A stretch of 63,673 nt of DNA, filler included, from Gemmatimonadota bacterium (GTDB lineage Bacteria; 4572-55; J002), in NCBI GenBank assembly GCA_003697105.1. It is 5 parts of 5 records of this genome, joined end to end, with 100 filler letters (N's around TTAATTAATTAA, not from the genome) between each part and the next. Parts side by side here need not be neighbours in the genome. Positions count along the whole stretch, not along the records: positions 1 to 22,896 come from RFFQ01000076.1; positions 22,997 to 34,838 come from RFFQ01000077.1; 3 more parts are not named here. One strand, given 5' to 3'. A program made the position numbers and the translations under genes. Below the pieces are notes generated by a model. It did not search any database, was not told the DNA's origin, and saw nothing but the letters and a program-made list of their open reading frames with translations. This document shows, piece after piece, positions 20,019 to 30,123 of this stretch. How positions within the stretch are numbered: position 1 is the stretch's first letter; each line of letters begins with the position of its first letter.

Positions 20019-22016
20019 ATGAATAAACTGGTATGTTTAGTTTTGGTTGTGGGTCTTTCTTTGTTGGCGATCCCGCTGTATGCGGCATCAAATGTCAGCG
20101 TGTCGGTCGATGAGGAAGGCAATATAACATCTGTTCAAACGATTGGGCATCTGGTTCCACTCCGAAGTTCTAGTGGAGAGCTACGCTTGCCCCCTTCCGA
20201 TCCCGAAACCCCGGCGGCTCCGAATATTCGGTATGGAAGCAGTTCCCATAATCCACTGACGACATCCTTTGAACGTCAAGTGGTTCGTGTACCCGGTACT
20301 GAAGATATGATGTTTATTTATGAAAGTGATGATAATGATGCTGACAACACCGCAACGGAGTTAAAATACGGGTTGTATATCAATGATTTTTTGTTCTGGG
20401 ATGTGCAAAGTATTACGGCCTCTATGGATCCAGAAGTCAATGCCGTACGCCGTAAAGCCCTAACCGCAACCTCTGATGGAGCGCTTCATGCTGTTTTTGG
20501 GTATTCGACCATTGCAGGTGACCGGGGGGGATTGCGTATGGGTTACGCCACTTATGACCCAATTTCTCAATCTTGGGCATACCAACGAGACCTGAATCCG
20601 GGTCCCGTACGGGGATTTTCATATCCCGTTATTGTAACGAATAGCCATGATGAACTCTATGTCGCATTGCAGCGATATACCTCGAATGGGGTAAACCATG
20701 ACGGTCATTACTATTTTGTGCATACGGTGGGTGGTGATTGGTCATCCTTGGATCAAGTGGTCGATGAACCTGTTGGTCAATATGGTTGGGGAGTATGTAA
20801 TATCGCGGCTGACCCCGTTACCGATGATTTGTATATCTTTTGGCCCGGTGAAGCGGATAGTGAAGGTGACATTGGCTATGAATGGCCCGATATTCGGGTG
20901 AAGAAGTGGAGCTACGACACCCAAACGTGGGACCCTGAAGACCCTGAAATTGGCTATACCGCGGTTGCAGGAGGTCCAGAGTATATGTACTATCCGTATG
21001 AATCTCCAGAAGATGTCCGCCCGGACGCCCATTTTGCGTGGGCACATTGGCCCATGGTTACCGTGGATAGTGAAGGTTACATCCATGTAATCACCCTCGG
21101 AAACCAAGTTGACCAACCCACCGGTATTTCCGGTAGTTTGTCGTTTTATTACAGCATTGGGGTGGCAGGTGTTCCGTATTATTCCCGCAGTGTGAATCCA
21201 CGTGACCCCTCTGAATTTACGCCTCCGCAACGTATCTTCCAAACCCGTTTTGAGGATGAAGACGGTAACGTCTTTGATAATGATGTGGTTTCGGGAGGAC
21301 AAATTGCCATTGATGAAGATGACAATCTTTATTTTATCTTTGGTCAATGGGAAGGTTGTTTCTTCAGTGCCCCCGATGCGGATTCTCTGTTGATTTATAC
21401 CGGTCCGCAGCACATTCGGATGACATACTTTGATCGAGACCACGAAAGTGGCTGGTGGTCCCAATTAACAGAAGATGTGTTCACCGCACCATACGACACC
21501 ACCAATGGTATTGAAGCCGGTCTGCAACATCCAACATGTGCCGCTCATGTGGAAGGTCCCTCAGATTTTCCGGATGAACCGGATAAATGGGGACTCCCAG
21601 TGTTGGCGAATGTCCATTATGACCTTGGCGGCGCTACGCCACCATATGACATTTTCTACATCAAAGCGCCGTACCAACCAGAGTGGCTATATGATATTGA
21701 TTCGGTTGAACCGGAGCAAACCAGTGTGGCTGTTCCTGCTGTGGCAAAATTACACCAAAACTACCCCAATCCGTTCAACCCTCGCACAACCATTACTTAT
21801 GATGTGATTCAGGCGGGCCATATCCGGTTGGCGATTTACAACATGAAAGGTGAATTGGTCAAGGAATTGGTGAATCACAACGTGGCAGAAGGTTCTTATA
21901 GTGTGACATGGGATGGCATGGATACCACCAATCAACCCGTGCCCAGCGGTATGTACACCTACCGTTTGGAAACCGATGATCACATTCTGACCAGAACCAT
22001 GGTGTTGATGAAGTAA
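20019..22016 (+). CDS. Secreted acidic protein of unknown function (possible beta-propeller) with FlgD/T9SS-type CTD
   Basis: AAGGAGG RBS; signal peptide; LHQNYPNPFNP...SGMYTYRL...MVLMK. Confidence 0.75.
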   Translation: MNKLVCLVLVVGLSLLAIPLYAASNVSVSVDEEGNITSVQTIGHLVPLRSSSGELRLPPSDPETPAAPNIRYGSSSHNPLTTSFERQVVRVPGTEDMMFIYESDDNDADNTATELKYGLYINDFLFWDVQSITASMDPEVNAVRRKALTATSDGALHAVFGYSTIAGDRGGLRMGYATYDPISQSWAYQRDLNPGPVRGFSYPVIVTNSHDELYVALQRYTSNGVNHDGHYYFVHTVGGDWSSLDQVVDEPVGQYGWGVCNIAADPVTDDLYIFWPGEADSEGDIGYEWPDIRVKKWSYDTQTWDPEDPEIGYTAVAGGPEYMYYPYESPEDVRPDAHFAWAHWPMVTVDSEGYIHVITLGNQVDQPTGISGSLSFYYSIGVAGVPYYSRSVNPRDPSEFTPPQRIFQTRFEDEDGNVFDNDVVSGGQIAIDEDDNLYFIFGQWEGCFFSAPDADSLLIYTGPQHIRMTYFDRDHESGWWSQLTEDVFTAPYDTTNGIEAGLQHPTCAAHVEGPSDFPDEPDKWGLPVLANVHYDLGGATPPYDIFYIKAPYQPEWLYDIDSVEPEQTSVAVPAVAKLHQNYPNPFNPRTTITYDVIQAGHIRLAIYNMKGELVKELVNHNVAEGSYSVTWDGMDTTNQPVPSGMYTYRLETDDHILTRTMVLMK

Positions 22017-22045
22017 GATCGCCGCTTACCATGACCTCGTAACGT

Positions 22046-22083
22046 AAAAAGACCTCCGGTAGTGAAACTGGAGGTCTTTTTTT
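22046..22083. terminator. Bidirectional terminator
   Basis: A5-GACCTCCGGT/ACTGGAGGTC-T7. Confidence 0.8.
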
Positions 22084-22092
22084 GGACAAAAG

Positions 22093-22134
22093 AAAACCCC
22101 GTTGCCGAGAGAAGACTGCAACGGGGTTTGTTTT
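22093..22134 (-). terminator. Terminator of the csp gene
   Basis: AAACCCCGTTGC/GCAACGGGGTTT stem with an A-rich flank on the + strand. Confidence 0.65.
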
Positions 22135-22151
22135 ACGGGGTTAACGATGTG

Positions 22152-22355
22152 CTAGGATGTTACCTGGACGTTTTTAGCGGTCAAGCCTTTCGGACCACTT
22201 TCCACGTTAAATTCCACTTTATCGCCTTCATTCAACGTCCGGAAACCCGCACCGTCGATGGAAGAATAGTGGACGAAAACATCATCGCCCCCATCATCCG
22301 TAATAAAGCCATAACCCTTTTTCTCGTTAAACCACTTGACAGTTCCGCTATTCAT
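22152..22355 (-). CDS. Cold-shock protein (CspA family)
   Basis: [15 protein letters not shown] (RNP1), VFVHYS (RNP2); GGAGG RBS before ATG 22355. Confidence 0.97.
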   Translation of the reverse strand: MNSGTVKWFNEKKGYGFITDDGGDDVFVHYSSIDGAGFRTLNEGDKVEFNVESGPKGLTAKNVQVTS

Positions 22356-22564
22356 TATAGGAACCTCCAAATTAAAATATGAAAAAATCGTACTGTGTCT
22401 GTGTACCTGGCATCAATACACTATCGACCTTACGCAGAACATTTCGGAGATACCTCAAACTGCCAAATGGGTTTCGGTGACTACCAACGTTCTATCCAAA
22501 ATCTTAATGCTACAGATAAGCCTGGTCAATACAAAGAACACAACGTACTACAATTGACGGGTTC

Positions 22565-22593
22565 AATATACGACCTTTTTCAGATGTACGCAA
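22565..22593 (-). promoter_or_regulatory. Promoter of csp, implying a ~200-nt 5' UTR
   Basis: TTGCGT-N17-TATATT on the minus strand. Confidence 0.6.
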
Positions 22594-22601
22594 GCTTTTA
22601 T

Positions 22602-22896
22602 TTACCATTTTACCCGCACTTCCGTCCATTTTTGCGGATTTTTTTGGTAGGTACGTTCGATCAGGGTTAGCCGGTGGTGGGTATCGAGTGTTAGCACGGT
22701 TGAACTACGTGTTCCATACGATTCGCTTTGAATGAAAAGGGGGGATAACGTCCGTTCCCGATCTATGCCAACACCGGTATGGGGGAGTTGATCGTCTGGA
22801 AAACATGCCGTTTCTGTTAATAGCTCAAAAATCTGCTCCCGATCGACTCCTTCCTGAAGTATTTCCACTAACCGGGTTTTGCCCCGTACTACTTTA
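22602..22896 (-). CDS. NRDE/TANGO2 family protein, C-terminal part (5' end lost in the gap)
   Basis: LPHTGV...LSPLFI...YGTRSSTV motif. Confidence 0.85.
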
Positions 22897-22996
22897 NNNN
22901 NNNNNNNNNNNNNNNNNNNNNNNNNNNNNNNNNNNNNNNNTTAATTAATTAANNNNNNNNNNNNNNNNNNNNNNNNNNNNNNNNNNNNNNNNNNNN
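22897..22996. other. Artificial contig linker
   Basis: N44-TTAATTAATTAA-N44, giving stops in all six frames. Confidence 0.99.
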
Positions 22997-25903
22997 ATCG
23001 CGTTTGGCGATCTGATTCATCCAGCAGACCGGACACGGGTGTGGGAGACCGTTCAAACCGCACTCCAAAACCACCGCCCTTTTGAGATAGAATACCGTTT
23101 AATCCATAAAGATGGTACGGAACGATGGGTCAGTGAACGGGGGATCGGTACGATTTCCCCCGAAGACGGTCAGATTTGGCTAGAGGGGATTATTATTGAT
23201 ATTACCACCCAGAAACAGGCGGAATTCCAGCGCCGAGAACTGGAAACGATCATCAATCGCAGTCCGGTAGTTGTCTTTTTGTGGGAAAATGCGGAAGGAT
23301 GGCCCGTTACCTATGTCTCTGGGAGTCTCAATCAGTGGGGGTACACGCCGGAAGCGTTCTATAACCGGCAGATCAACTTCGCGCAAATCGTCCATCCCGA
23401 TGATTTAGCACGCGTCGCGGTGGAGGTCGCGCAATACAGCGAGGAAGGGCGGCAGGAATTTACCCAACACTACCGGATACGAACCGCTAGCGGAGAGGTA
23501 CGCTACGTAGAAGACTGCACCTGGGTGCGCCGCAATGAACAGAATGAGATCACGCACTATCAAGGAATCCTGCTTGATATAACAGAACAGGTGAAGGCAG
23601 AACAGCGCTACCAAACCATATTTGAAACGGCTGGTACCGCCTTGACCATTTTGGATGAAACCGGATTGATCCGTTTAGCCAACACGGAATTTAGTAACCT
23701 CGCCGGATTACCGCTGAATCAAATCATTAACAAAACCCGTTGGCAGGATTTTGTTGCGCCGGATGAAATCGAACGGATGACCCATTATCAAGACGAACGT
23801 CGCCGCGGGTCAGAAAATGTTCCGGATGCTTATGAATTTAAATTTCAAGATGCGGCGGGCAATATCAAACACATTTTGACCCGGGTCAAGATGATTCCCG
23901 ATAGTTCCTACAGTGTCGCGTCACTCATGAATTTCACCTCCCGTAAGCACGCGGAAGAAAAACTGGCATGGCTGGCTGCCGTCGTTCAGCAAGCAACCTT
24001 TTCGGTAGTAGTCACCGATTTGGAAGGACAAATTGAATATGTGAATCCCTATTTTGAAAAGATAACCGGTTATTGCCCGGCAGAGGTCATTGGGGAAAAT
24101 CCACGTTTGCTCAAAAGCGGTAAACACGATAAATCCTTTTACCAGCAGTTGTGGGACACCATTACTCAGGGGAACATTTGGACGGGGCGATTCTGCAATA
24201 AACGCAAAGATGGTACCCTTTATTACGAAGATGCGGTAATTTTCCCCATCCGGAATTCCAAAGGTCAGATGATCAACTATGCTGGGGTCAAACGGGACAT
24301 TACGGAACAGGTCAAAGCGGAAGAACAGTTGCATTTTCTGGCAAATATTCTTGAAAATGTACAAGATAGTGTGATTGTAACCGACCTCGAACAGCGGATT
24401 CTCTATTGGAATAACGGGGCTGAGACCATTTTGGGTTACTCTGCCCAAGAGATGCTGGGCCAATCGATCCGCCAAATTCATGGTGGGCAAGTGCGGATTT
24501 GGGGAGGCGATTTTGAGAACCTAATGGCAGGTAACGATTTTATCCATGAATGGGAAGTTCAACGGAAAGATGGTACTACCATTTGGCTGGATACCAAAAC
24601 CACCCTGATGTTTGATGAAACGGGGCAACCCACCGGGTTCATCAACGTTGCCAAAGATATAACCGTCCGTAAACTGGCGGAAATCGAGCTACAACATGCT
24701 CATGATACGTTAGAAACCCGCGTGGAAGAACGCACCCAAGAACTGGCGAATGTCATCCAGCAAATGGAACAGGAGATGCAAGACCGCTTACGGGCAGAGG
24801 AAAAGTTGGTGGAAAGCAATGAAAAATTCCGCCAACTCGCTGAAAATGTCGATACCGTCTTCTGGATTTGGGATATAGAGTTGGAAATGTTGATCTATGT
24901 CAACCCCGCCTATGAACAGATATGGGGGCGTCCCCTGACCTCTCTTTTGGTGAATTCAACCTTCTGGACCGAACAGGTTCATCCCGCGGATCAAGAACGT
25001 GTCATGGAAGCATTTACGGCCTTTTATGATCAAAATATAGAACTGGAATATCGAATCCTCCGCCCGGATAATGAAAGCCGCTGGGTGTGGGTGCGCACGT
25101 TTCGCATCCCCGATCCGGTGGGGAATATTTATCGCATCATTGGTCTGGTAGAAGACATCACACCCCAGAAGGAGGCGGAAGAAGCCCTCCGCCAAGCCTT
25201 GGAAAAAGAAAAGGAATTGAACAACTTAAAAACACGTTTTATCTCCACAGTTTCGCATGAATATCGTACACGACTCGCCGTGATCCAGATGAGTACAGGT
25301 ATTCTCAAGCGTTACCGGCACCGGTTGTCGCCCGAAAAGCAGGATGAACATATCCACCGGATTGAAGGGCAAATCAAGCAAATGACGAATCTACTGGATA
25401 ATGTTCTGTTTATTGGGCGTTCCGATACGGGACGGTTGGAGTTCAAACCGGCACCGTTCGACCTCAAGGCTTTTATAGCAAATCTCTTAACGGATTTCGG
25501 GTATGTGTATGAAAATCGGCAGATTGATTTTATCTGCACGGCGAAATCCATCGAGCTGACGGCGGATCAGCAATTAGTCGGTTATGTGCTCCGGAATTTG
25601 ATCTCCAATGCGCTCAAATATTCTCCGGCGGAAAAGCCGGTTCAAATTGAATTGCAAGCCCAGCCGGATCAGGTGGTGCTACGTGTCGTCGATCAGGGGA
25701 TCGGCATTCCGGCGGCAGACCAGTCCCATCTGTTCGGGTTGTTCTACCGGGCAACGAATGTCACAAACATTCAGGGCACAGGTTTAGGGCTAAACATCGC
25801 CAAACGTGCTGTGGAGATGCACGGTGGGACGATTGCTTTTACCAGTACGGAAGGCGAAGGTACAACGTTTACCGTCACATTACCGTATACACCCCCAGCT
25901 TAG
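22997..25903 (+). CDS. Multi-PAS sensor histidine kinase, 5'-truncated at the contig edge
   Basis: About six PAS/PAC repeats (xHPxD...DIT); SHEYRT H-box; NLISNALKYS, DQGIGI and GTGLGL ATPase boxes. Confidence 0.93.
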   Translation: MAFGDLIHPADRTRVWETVQTALQNHRPFEIEYRLIHKDGTERWVSERGIGTISPEDGQIWLEGIIIDITTQKQAEFQRRELETIINRSPVVVFLWENAEGWPVTYVSGSLNQWGYTPEAFYNRQINFAQIVHPDDLARVAVEVAQYSEEGRQEFTQHYRIRTASGEVRYVEDCTWVRRNEQNEITHYQGILLDITEQVKAEQRYQTIFETAGTALTILDETGLIRLANTEFSNLAGLPLNQIINKTRWQDFVAPDEIERMTHYQDERRRGSENVPDAYEFKFQDAAGNIKHILTRVKMIPDSSYSVASLMNFTSRKHAEEKLAWLAAVVQQATFSVVVTDLEGQIEYVNPYFEKITGYCPAEVIGENPRLLKSGKHDKSFYQQLWDTITQGNIWTGRFCNKRKDGTLYYEDAVIFPIRNSKGQMINYAGVKRDITEQVKAEEQLHFLANILENVQDSVIVTDLEQRILYWNNGAETILGYSAQEMLGQSIRQIHGGQVRIWGGDFENLMAGNDFIHEWEVQRKDGTTIWLDTKTTLMFDETGQPTGFINVAKDITVRKLAEIELQHAHDTLETRVEERTQELANVIQQMEQEMQDRLRAEEKLVESNEKFRQLAENVDTVFWIWDIELEMLIYVNPAYEQIWGRPLTSLLVNSTFWTEQVHPADQERVMEAFTAFYDQNIELEYRILRPDNESRWVWVRTFRIPDPVGNIYRIIGLVEDITPQKEAEEALRQALEKEKELNNLKTRFISTVSHEYRTRLAVIQMSTGILKRYRHRLSPEKQDEHIHRIEGQIKQMTNLLDNVLFIGRSDTGRLEFKPAPFDLKAFIANLLTDFGYVYENRQIDFICTAKSIELTADQQLVGYVLRNLISNALKYSPAEKPVQIELQAQPDQVVLRVVDQGIGIPAADQSHLFGLFYRATNVTNIQGTGLGLNIAKRAVEMHGGTIAFTSTEGEGTTFTVTLPYTPPA

Positions 25904-25914
25904 GATAGGTTTAC

Positions 25915-27522
25915 ATGGCAAAACTTGGTTTTTTCACCCAACGCCCCCATCCCGACCAGACCCGCAATAAAGAGGGCGGGATGGCATTTCAGATACCGGA
26001 TCCAGCTCTGCGCCTGCTTTCCATGCTGGGTTCTTCGTTTTTCAACGAACCGAAATACTATGAGTTGACCGTCGCCGGTGACCTGAGTGAATCCGCTGGC
26101 TTAATTATCTCCACGGCACAGGAAATTGCGCAATCCGAACACCCCCGGGACCTGCTGCTGCTGGCACATTGGGCACGTTCCGCCATGCGTATTCGGACCA
26201 CACCACAAATCCTGCTGGCAATTGCCGCTAATGACGAAAAAACCAAACCGTTTGTCCGGCAGTATTGCCCCCGCATCATTCAACGCGCAGATGAGGTACG
26301 GCAGGTGTTTGCCGCATATGATTTTCTGTTTGGGCGCCCCTTTCCCAATTGCCTCAAACGCGGTCTGGCAGATGCCCTAACCCAATTTGATGAATATGCG
26401 TTGTTGAAATACAACACCAAAAGACATCCCACTTTCCGGGATGTATTGTTGATGATAGATCGCCGTCAGGATTATCCCGTTCAACAGGCGTTGTTTGAAT
26501 ATTTGGTCAACCAAAAGGTGATTGAACCGGAAAAAACGCCTGTTTTGGCGGCTCAAAAAGCCCTGTTGGATAAAACCGAATTTGATGATGACGCCAAACG
26601 ACTGGCAACGACGGCGCGGGCTACGTGGGAAATGCTGGTTAGCCATTTCGGTAACCGTACGGAGGTGTGGGAATTTCTCATCCCGCAGATGGGGTATATG
26701 GCACTATTACGGAATTTGCGGAATTTGCAGCAAGCCGGCATCTCGTGGGAGGCAACCGAACGGGTTGCCCGCCGTCTCGCCGACCCAGAGGAAGTCGCCC
26801 GCAGCAAACAATTGCCGTTCCGGTTCTACACGGCTTACCTGACCGTTCAGGGGGATGAGTTTGGATTTGCGTTTTCGTATCGTTTTATGGAAGCTCTAAT
26901 TGAGGCGCTGGAGCATTCCCTAGCGCAGGTACCGCATCTCCCCGGCAAAACGGCGATCTGTTGTGATAACTCAGGCTCAATGGCGCAGAAAATCAGCAGA
27001 AAATCTGAGGTTTCCTGCGCGGATGTGGCAAATTTGCTGGGTGCCATGGCACACCGTATCTGCGATGAGGCACTGGTCATCGCGTTTGCCACGGATGCGG
27101 TAACGGTCGATCTACCGGCTTCCGATGATCTGATCGCGAAAGCGGAAGCCATCAAAATGACCGAGACGAACGGCTGGGCAACTCATGGGTGGAAATGTAT
27201 TCAATTGTTGATCGATCAGAATATTTTTGTGGATCGCATTCTTCTGTTAAGCGATATGCAATGTTATGATTCTCACTGGGAGCGGGAGAACTCGGTCAAC
27301 GCACGGCTGAATGCTTACCGGCGGCGGATCAACTCGGAATGTTATCTTCACAGTATTGACCTGCAAGGGTATGGGCTGTCCCAAACACCAACAGATGATC
27401 CACGAGTGAATTTGCTCAGCGGCTTTTCCGAGAATATTCTCTCATATATCTTGACATTTGAAGCCGCTACACCGCCAGATACCCCGTTGCCCACTCTGGA
27501 AACCCTTCGCCAGCAATGGTAA
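25915..27522 (+). CDS. TROVE domain RNA-binding protein with vWA domain
   Basis: TWEMLVS, GYMALLRNLRN, SKQLPFRF; MIDAS motif DNSGSM; LSDMQ. Confidence 0.88.
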   Translation: MAKLGFFTQRPHPDQTRNKEGGMAFQIPDPALRLLSMLGSSFFNEPKYYELTVAGDLSESAGLIISTAQEIAQSEHPRDLLLLAHWARSAMRIRTTPQILLAIAANDEKTKPFVRQYCPRIIQRADEVRQVFAAYDFLFGRPFPNCLKRGLADALTQFDEYALLKYNTKRHPTFRDVLLMIDRRQDYPVQQALFEYLVNQKVIEPEKTPVLAAQKALLDKTEFDDDAKRLATTARATWEMLVSHFGNRTEVWEFLIPQMGYMALLRNLRNLQQAGISWEATERVARRLADPEEVARSKQLPFRFYTAYLTVQGDEFGFAFSYRFMEALIEALEHSLAQVPHLPGKTAICCDNSGSMAQKISRKSEVSCADVANLLGAMAHRICDEALVIAFATDAVTVDLPASDDLIAKAEAIKMTETNGWATHGWKCIQLLIDQNIFVDRILLLSDMQCYDSHWERENSVNARLNAYRRRINSECYLHSIDLQGYGLSQTPTDDPRVNLLSGFSENILSYILTFEAATPPDTPLPTLETLRQQW

Positions 27523-27621
27523 CATTTCTATAATTTTGCTTGATTTTCAAAGGGGATTATTGTAAGTTGATTGAGGTTGAGAAATGTTGCTATCTACCAA
27601 CGTTATCAAGGATTTGTGCCA

Positions 27622-28101
27622 ATGGATTTGACACTTTTGCTCGCGGTCGGTCTGATCATACTGGGTTTTTTGTTGATTTTGGTCGAGATTTTTTTGATTC
27701 CGGGATTAAACATCTTTGGAATCATCGGCTTTTTCGCGATTATTGCCGGCTTTGTCTTTTCTTTACAATTGGGGCTGGTATATGCGATTCCCATTTTCAT
27801 TGGCAGTATTGCACTGGGTATTTTTTTGGTGCAACAGATCATGCGGACACGTGCGTGGGATAAGATCATTCTGCATGATGAAGAGCGCTCTGAAGAAGGG
27901 TATCTTTCGGCAGATGCCAATTTAGAACGGTTGGTGGGGCAAACAGGTTATGCTTTAACGGCACTTCGACCTTCCGGTACGGCTGTGATTGAAGGTCAAC
28001 GAGTGGACGTGGTCACGGAAGGGATTTTTATTGAGAAAGATGCTCCCGTAAAAGTGGTAAATGTGGAAGGTACCCGGGTGGTTGTCCGTCCGGCGTATTG
28101 A
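27622..28101 (+). CDS. Short NfeD-like membrane protein (OB-fold C-terminus)
   Basis: VEIFLIPG; ALTALRPSGTAVIEGQRVDVVTEG. Confidence 0.88.
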   Translation: MDLTLLLAVGLIILGFLLILVEIFLIPGLNIFGIIGFFAIIAGFVFSLQLGLVYAIPIFIGSIALGIFLVQQIMRTRAWDKIILHDEERSEEGYLSADANLERLVGQTGYALTALRPSGTAVIEGQRVDVVTEGIFIEKDAPVKVVNVEGTRVVVRPAY

Positions 28102-28133
28102 GACCTTTTTAACATCAAGAGGAGGTTTGTATC

Positions 28134-29174
28134 ATGCCCGGTGGTGGTATTCTTGTTTTTGTAGCTCTGATCCTATTCATCATTTTTATTTCGTTATTTA
28201 ACTACTTTATTCCGGTGGGCTTGTGGATCACGGCGCTCTTTTCAGGGGTGCGGGTCGGTCTGTTTACGCTGGTCGGGATGCGTTTACGGAAAGTCCCGCC
28301 GGCCGCGATCATCTTACCGCTGATCAGCGCCACCAAAGCCGGAATGCGCGTGGATATTAATAAACTGGAAGCCCACTATTTGGCATGTGGGCGAAATACA
28401 CTGGAACGCAATGGCCGTATTTTAACCGCCGATGACCGGGTGCGGGATGTGGTTGCCGCACTGATTTCGGCAAGCAAAGCCGGCATTGAACTCAGTTTTG
28501 AACGGGCAACCGCCATCGATCTGGCAGGACGGAGCGTGCTCGAAGCCGTCCACACCAGTGTGAATCCGAAAGTGATCGAAACCCCCCGCGTGGCGGCAGT
28601 TGCCCGCGACGGTATCCAGTTGATTGCCGTCGCCCGAGTGACCGTGCGTGCCAACATTGACCGGTTAGTCGGTGGTGCCGGAGAAAAAACCATCCTAGCC
28701 CGTGTAGGTGAAGGGGTGGTGAGTAGTATCGGTTCCTCTGCTTCCCACAAGGAAGTGCTGGAAAACCCGGATAAAATCTCCAAAACGGTGCTGGCAAAAG
28801 GTTTGGATTCCGGGACGGCGTTTGAAATTCTCTCCATCGATATTGCCGATGTGGATGTGGGTACGAATATCGGGGCAAAGTTGCAAATCGATCAAGCCAA
28901 TGCGGATAAACAGATCGCCCAAGCCAAAGCCGAAGAACGAAAGGCAATGGCGATTGCACAGGAACAAGAGATGCGGGCAAAAGTGGAAGAGATGCGGGCA
29001 CAGGTTATCGCGGCGGAAGCCCAAGTGCCGTTGGCACTGGCAGAAGCGTTCCGCAACGGCAATTTAGGTGTGATGGATTATATGAATTACAAAAATATTC
29101 AAGCGGATACAAAAATGCGCGAACAAATTGCCGGCGGCGGCAGCCAATCATCCAGCCCAAAGAGTGAGAGCTAA
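28134..29174 (+). CDS. floA: Flotillin-like protein FloA (YqfA)
   Basis: [53 protein letters not shown]. Confidence 0.95.
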   Translation: MPGGGILVFVALILFIIFISLFNYFIPVGLWITALFSGVRVGLFTLVGMRLRKVPPAAIILPLISATKAGMRVDINKLEAHYLACGRNTLERNGRILTADDRVRDVVAALISASKAGIELSFERATAIDLAGRSVLEAVHTSVNPKVIETPRVAAVARDGIQLIAVARVTVRANIDRLVGGAGEKTILARVGEGVVSSIGSSASHKEVLENPDKISKTVLAKGLDSGTAFEILSIDIADVDVGTNIGAKLQIDQANADKQIAQAKAEERKAMAIAQEQEMRAKVEEMRAQVIAAEAQVPLALAEAFRNGNLGVMDYMNYKNIQADTKMREQIAGGGSQSSSPKSES

Positions 29175-29180
29175 TCGATT

Positions 29181-29780
29181 ATGATCGATATTCTATTTGC
29201 CGATGGGGGGATCGGGGGACTCATTTTTTTACTGATTGTGATCATCCAAGTGATCGCCTCTATCCTCAACAAAGCCAATCAAAAAAAGCAAGTGGAAACA
29301 GAGGATGCTCCGCCGGAAATGCCCGACTGGATGAAATCCTGGTTTGAGGAAGAAGACGCTGAAGACACCGAAGAACCCGCGACCCCGCCCCCGGAACGCC
29401 ACCGGGAAATTCGTCCGGCGGAACCCCAGCCAACACGTGCCCACGAAGAAGTGCCTGATGGCACCAGCACAATGGAAGGGTACTCTCTGGAACACATCCC
29501 CGGTAAAACGAGCCTTGGCGATGACTTAAAAGAGATGTTCGCCGATTTGCGCGAAAAAGAGCGGCGTCTTCCCCGGTCGGTGCATCTGGAGGTTACCCCC
29601 GCGCCGCCCCAACCCGCCATCCCGCCGGTTCAACATGAACCGGTTGCCGCCGCAAGCTCGCTGGCACAGATGCTATCTACGACGGACCAATTGAGAAATG
29701 CGGTCATGGTGGCAGAAGTGTTAGGACCGTGTAAAGCCAAACGCCGCTGGAGAAGCAAGGTGACGCACCACACGATTTAA
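29181..29780 (+). CDS. Membrane-anchored hypothetical protein (YqfB-like position)
   Basis: N-terminal TM helix, disordered Pro/Glu region, LRNAVMVAEVLGP C-terminal motif; follows floA. Confidence 0.7.
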   Translation: MIDILFADGGIGGLIFLLIVIIQVIASILNKANQKKQVETEDAPPEMPDWMKSWFEEEDAEDTEEPATPPPERHREIRPAEPQPTRAHEEVPDGTSTMEGYSLEHIPGKTSLGDDLKEMFADLREKERRLPRSVHLEVTPAPPQPAIPPVQHEPVAAASSLAQMLSTTDQLRNAVMVAEVLGPCKAKRRWRSKVTHHTI

Positions 29781-29845
29781 AACGGAAAAATGGGCTTGAC
29801 AACAACGGAATTGGCTATTACTTTATCGCTCACTTTGAACCCAGT

Positions 29846-29932
29846 GCCGGAGTGGTGAAATTGGTAGACGCGCTGGACTCAAAATCCAGTGGGGGCGACC
29901 CCGTGTCGGTTCGAGTCCGACCTCCGGCACCA
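29846..29932 (+). tRNA. tRNA-Leu(CAA)
   Basis: GCCGGAG/CTCCGGC acceptor stem, CAA anticodon, long variable arm, GGTTCGAGTCC, encoded CCA; TTGACA at 29796 upstream. Confidence 0.97.
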
Positions 29933-29936
29933 GCAC

Positions 29937-29988
29937 AAAAAATACCCGCAAGTTTTTTGGAATCCAAATACTTGCGGGATTTTTATTT
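29937..29988 (+). terminator. Terminator after tRNA-Leu
   Basis: CCCGCAAGT/ACTTGCGGG stem plus T-rich tail. Confidence 0.7.
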
Positions 29989-30123
29989 GGATTCTCTTAC
30001 CGTTTCTCCCCATCTTCCAGCCGGTTTTTGTCTCTGAGAAGTCTCTTGACGCATTGAAGCGGGATCGATATTTTGATCCGGCTCACTATCTTTTATCGAC
30101 TCTAGCTATTGAGGTTCCTTACA

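Noticed and set aside
25252-25280. Kinase H-box SHEYRTRL (Pro replaced by Arg) as an inactive kinase
   Set aside because: The phospho-His and all ATPase boxes are intact; one substitution is weak evidence
27523-27621. Y RNA downstream of the TROVE gene
   Set aside because: Short AT-rich spacer with no closing stem or T-loop motif
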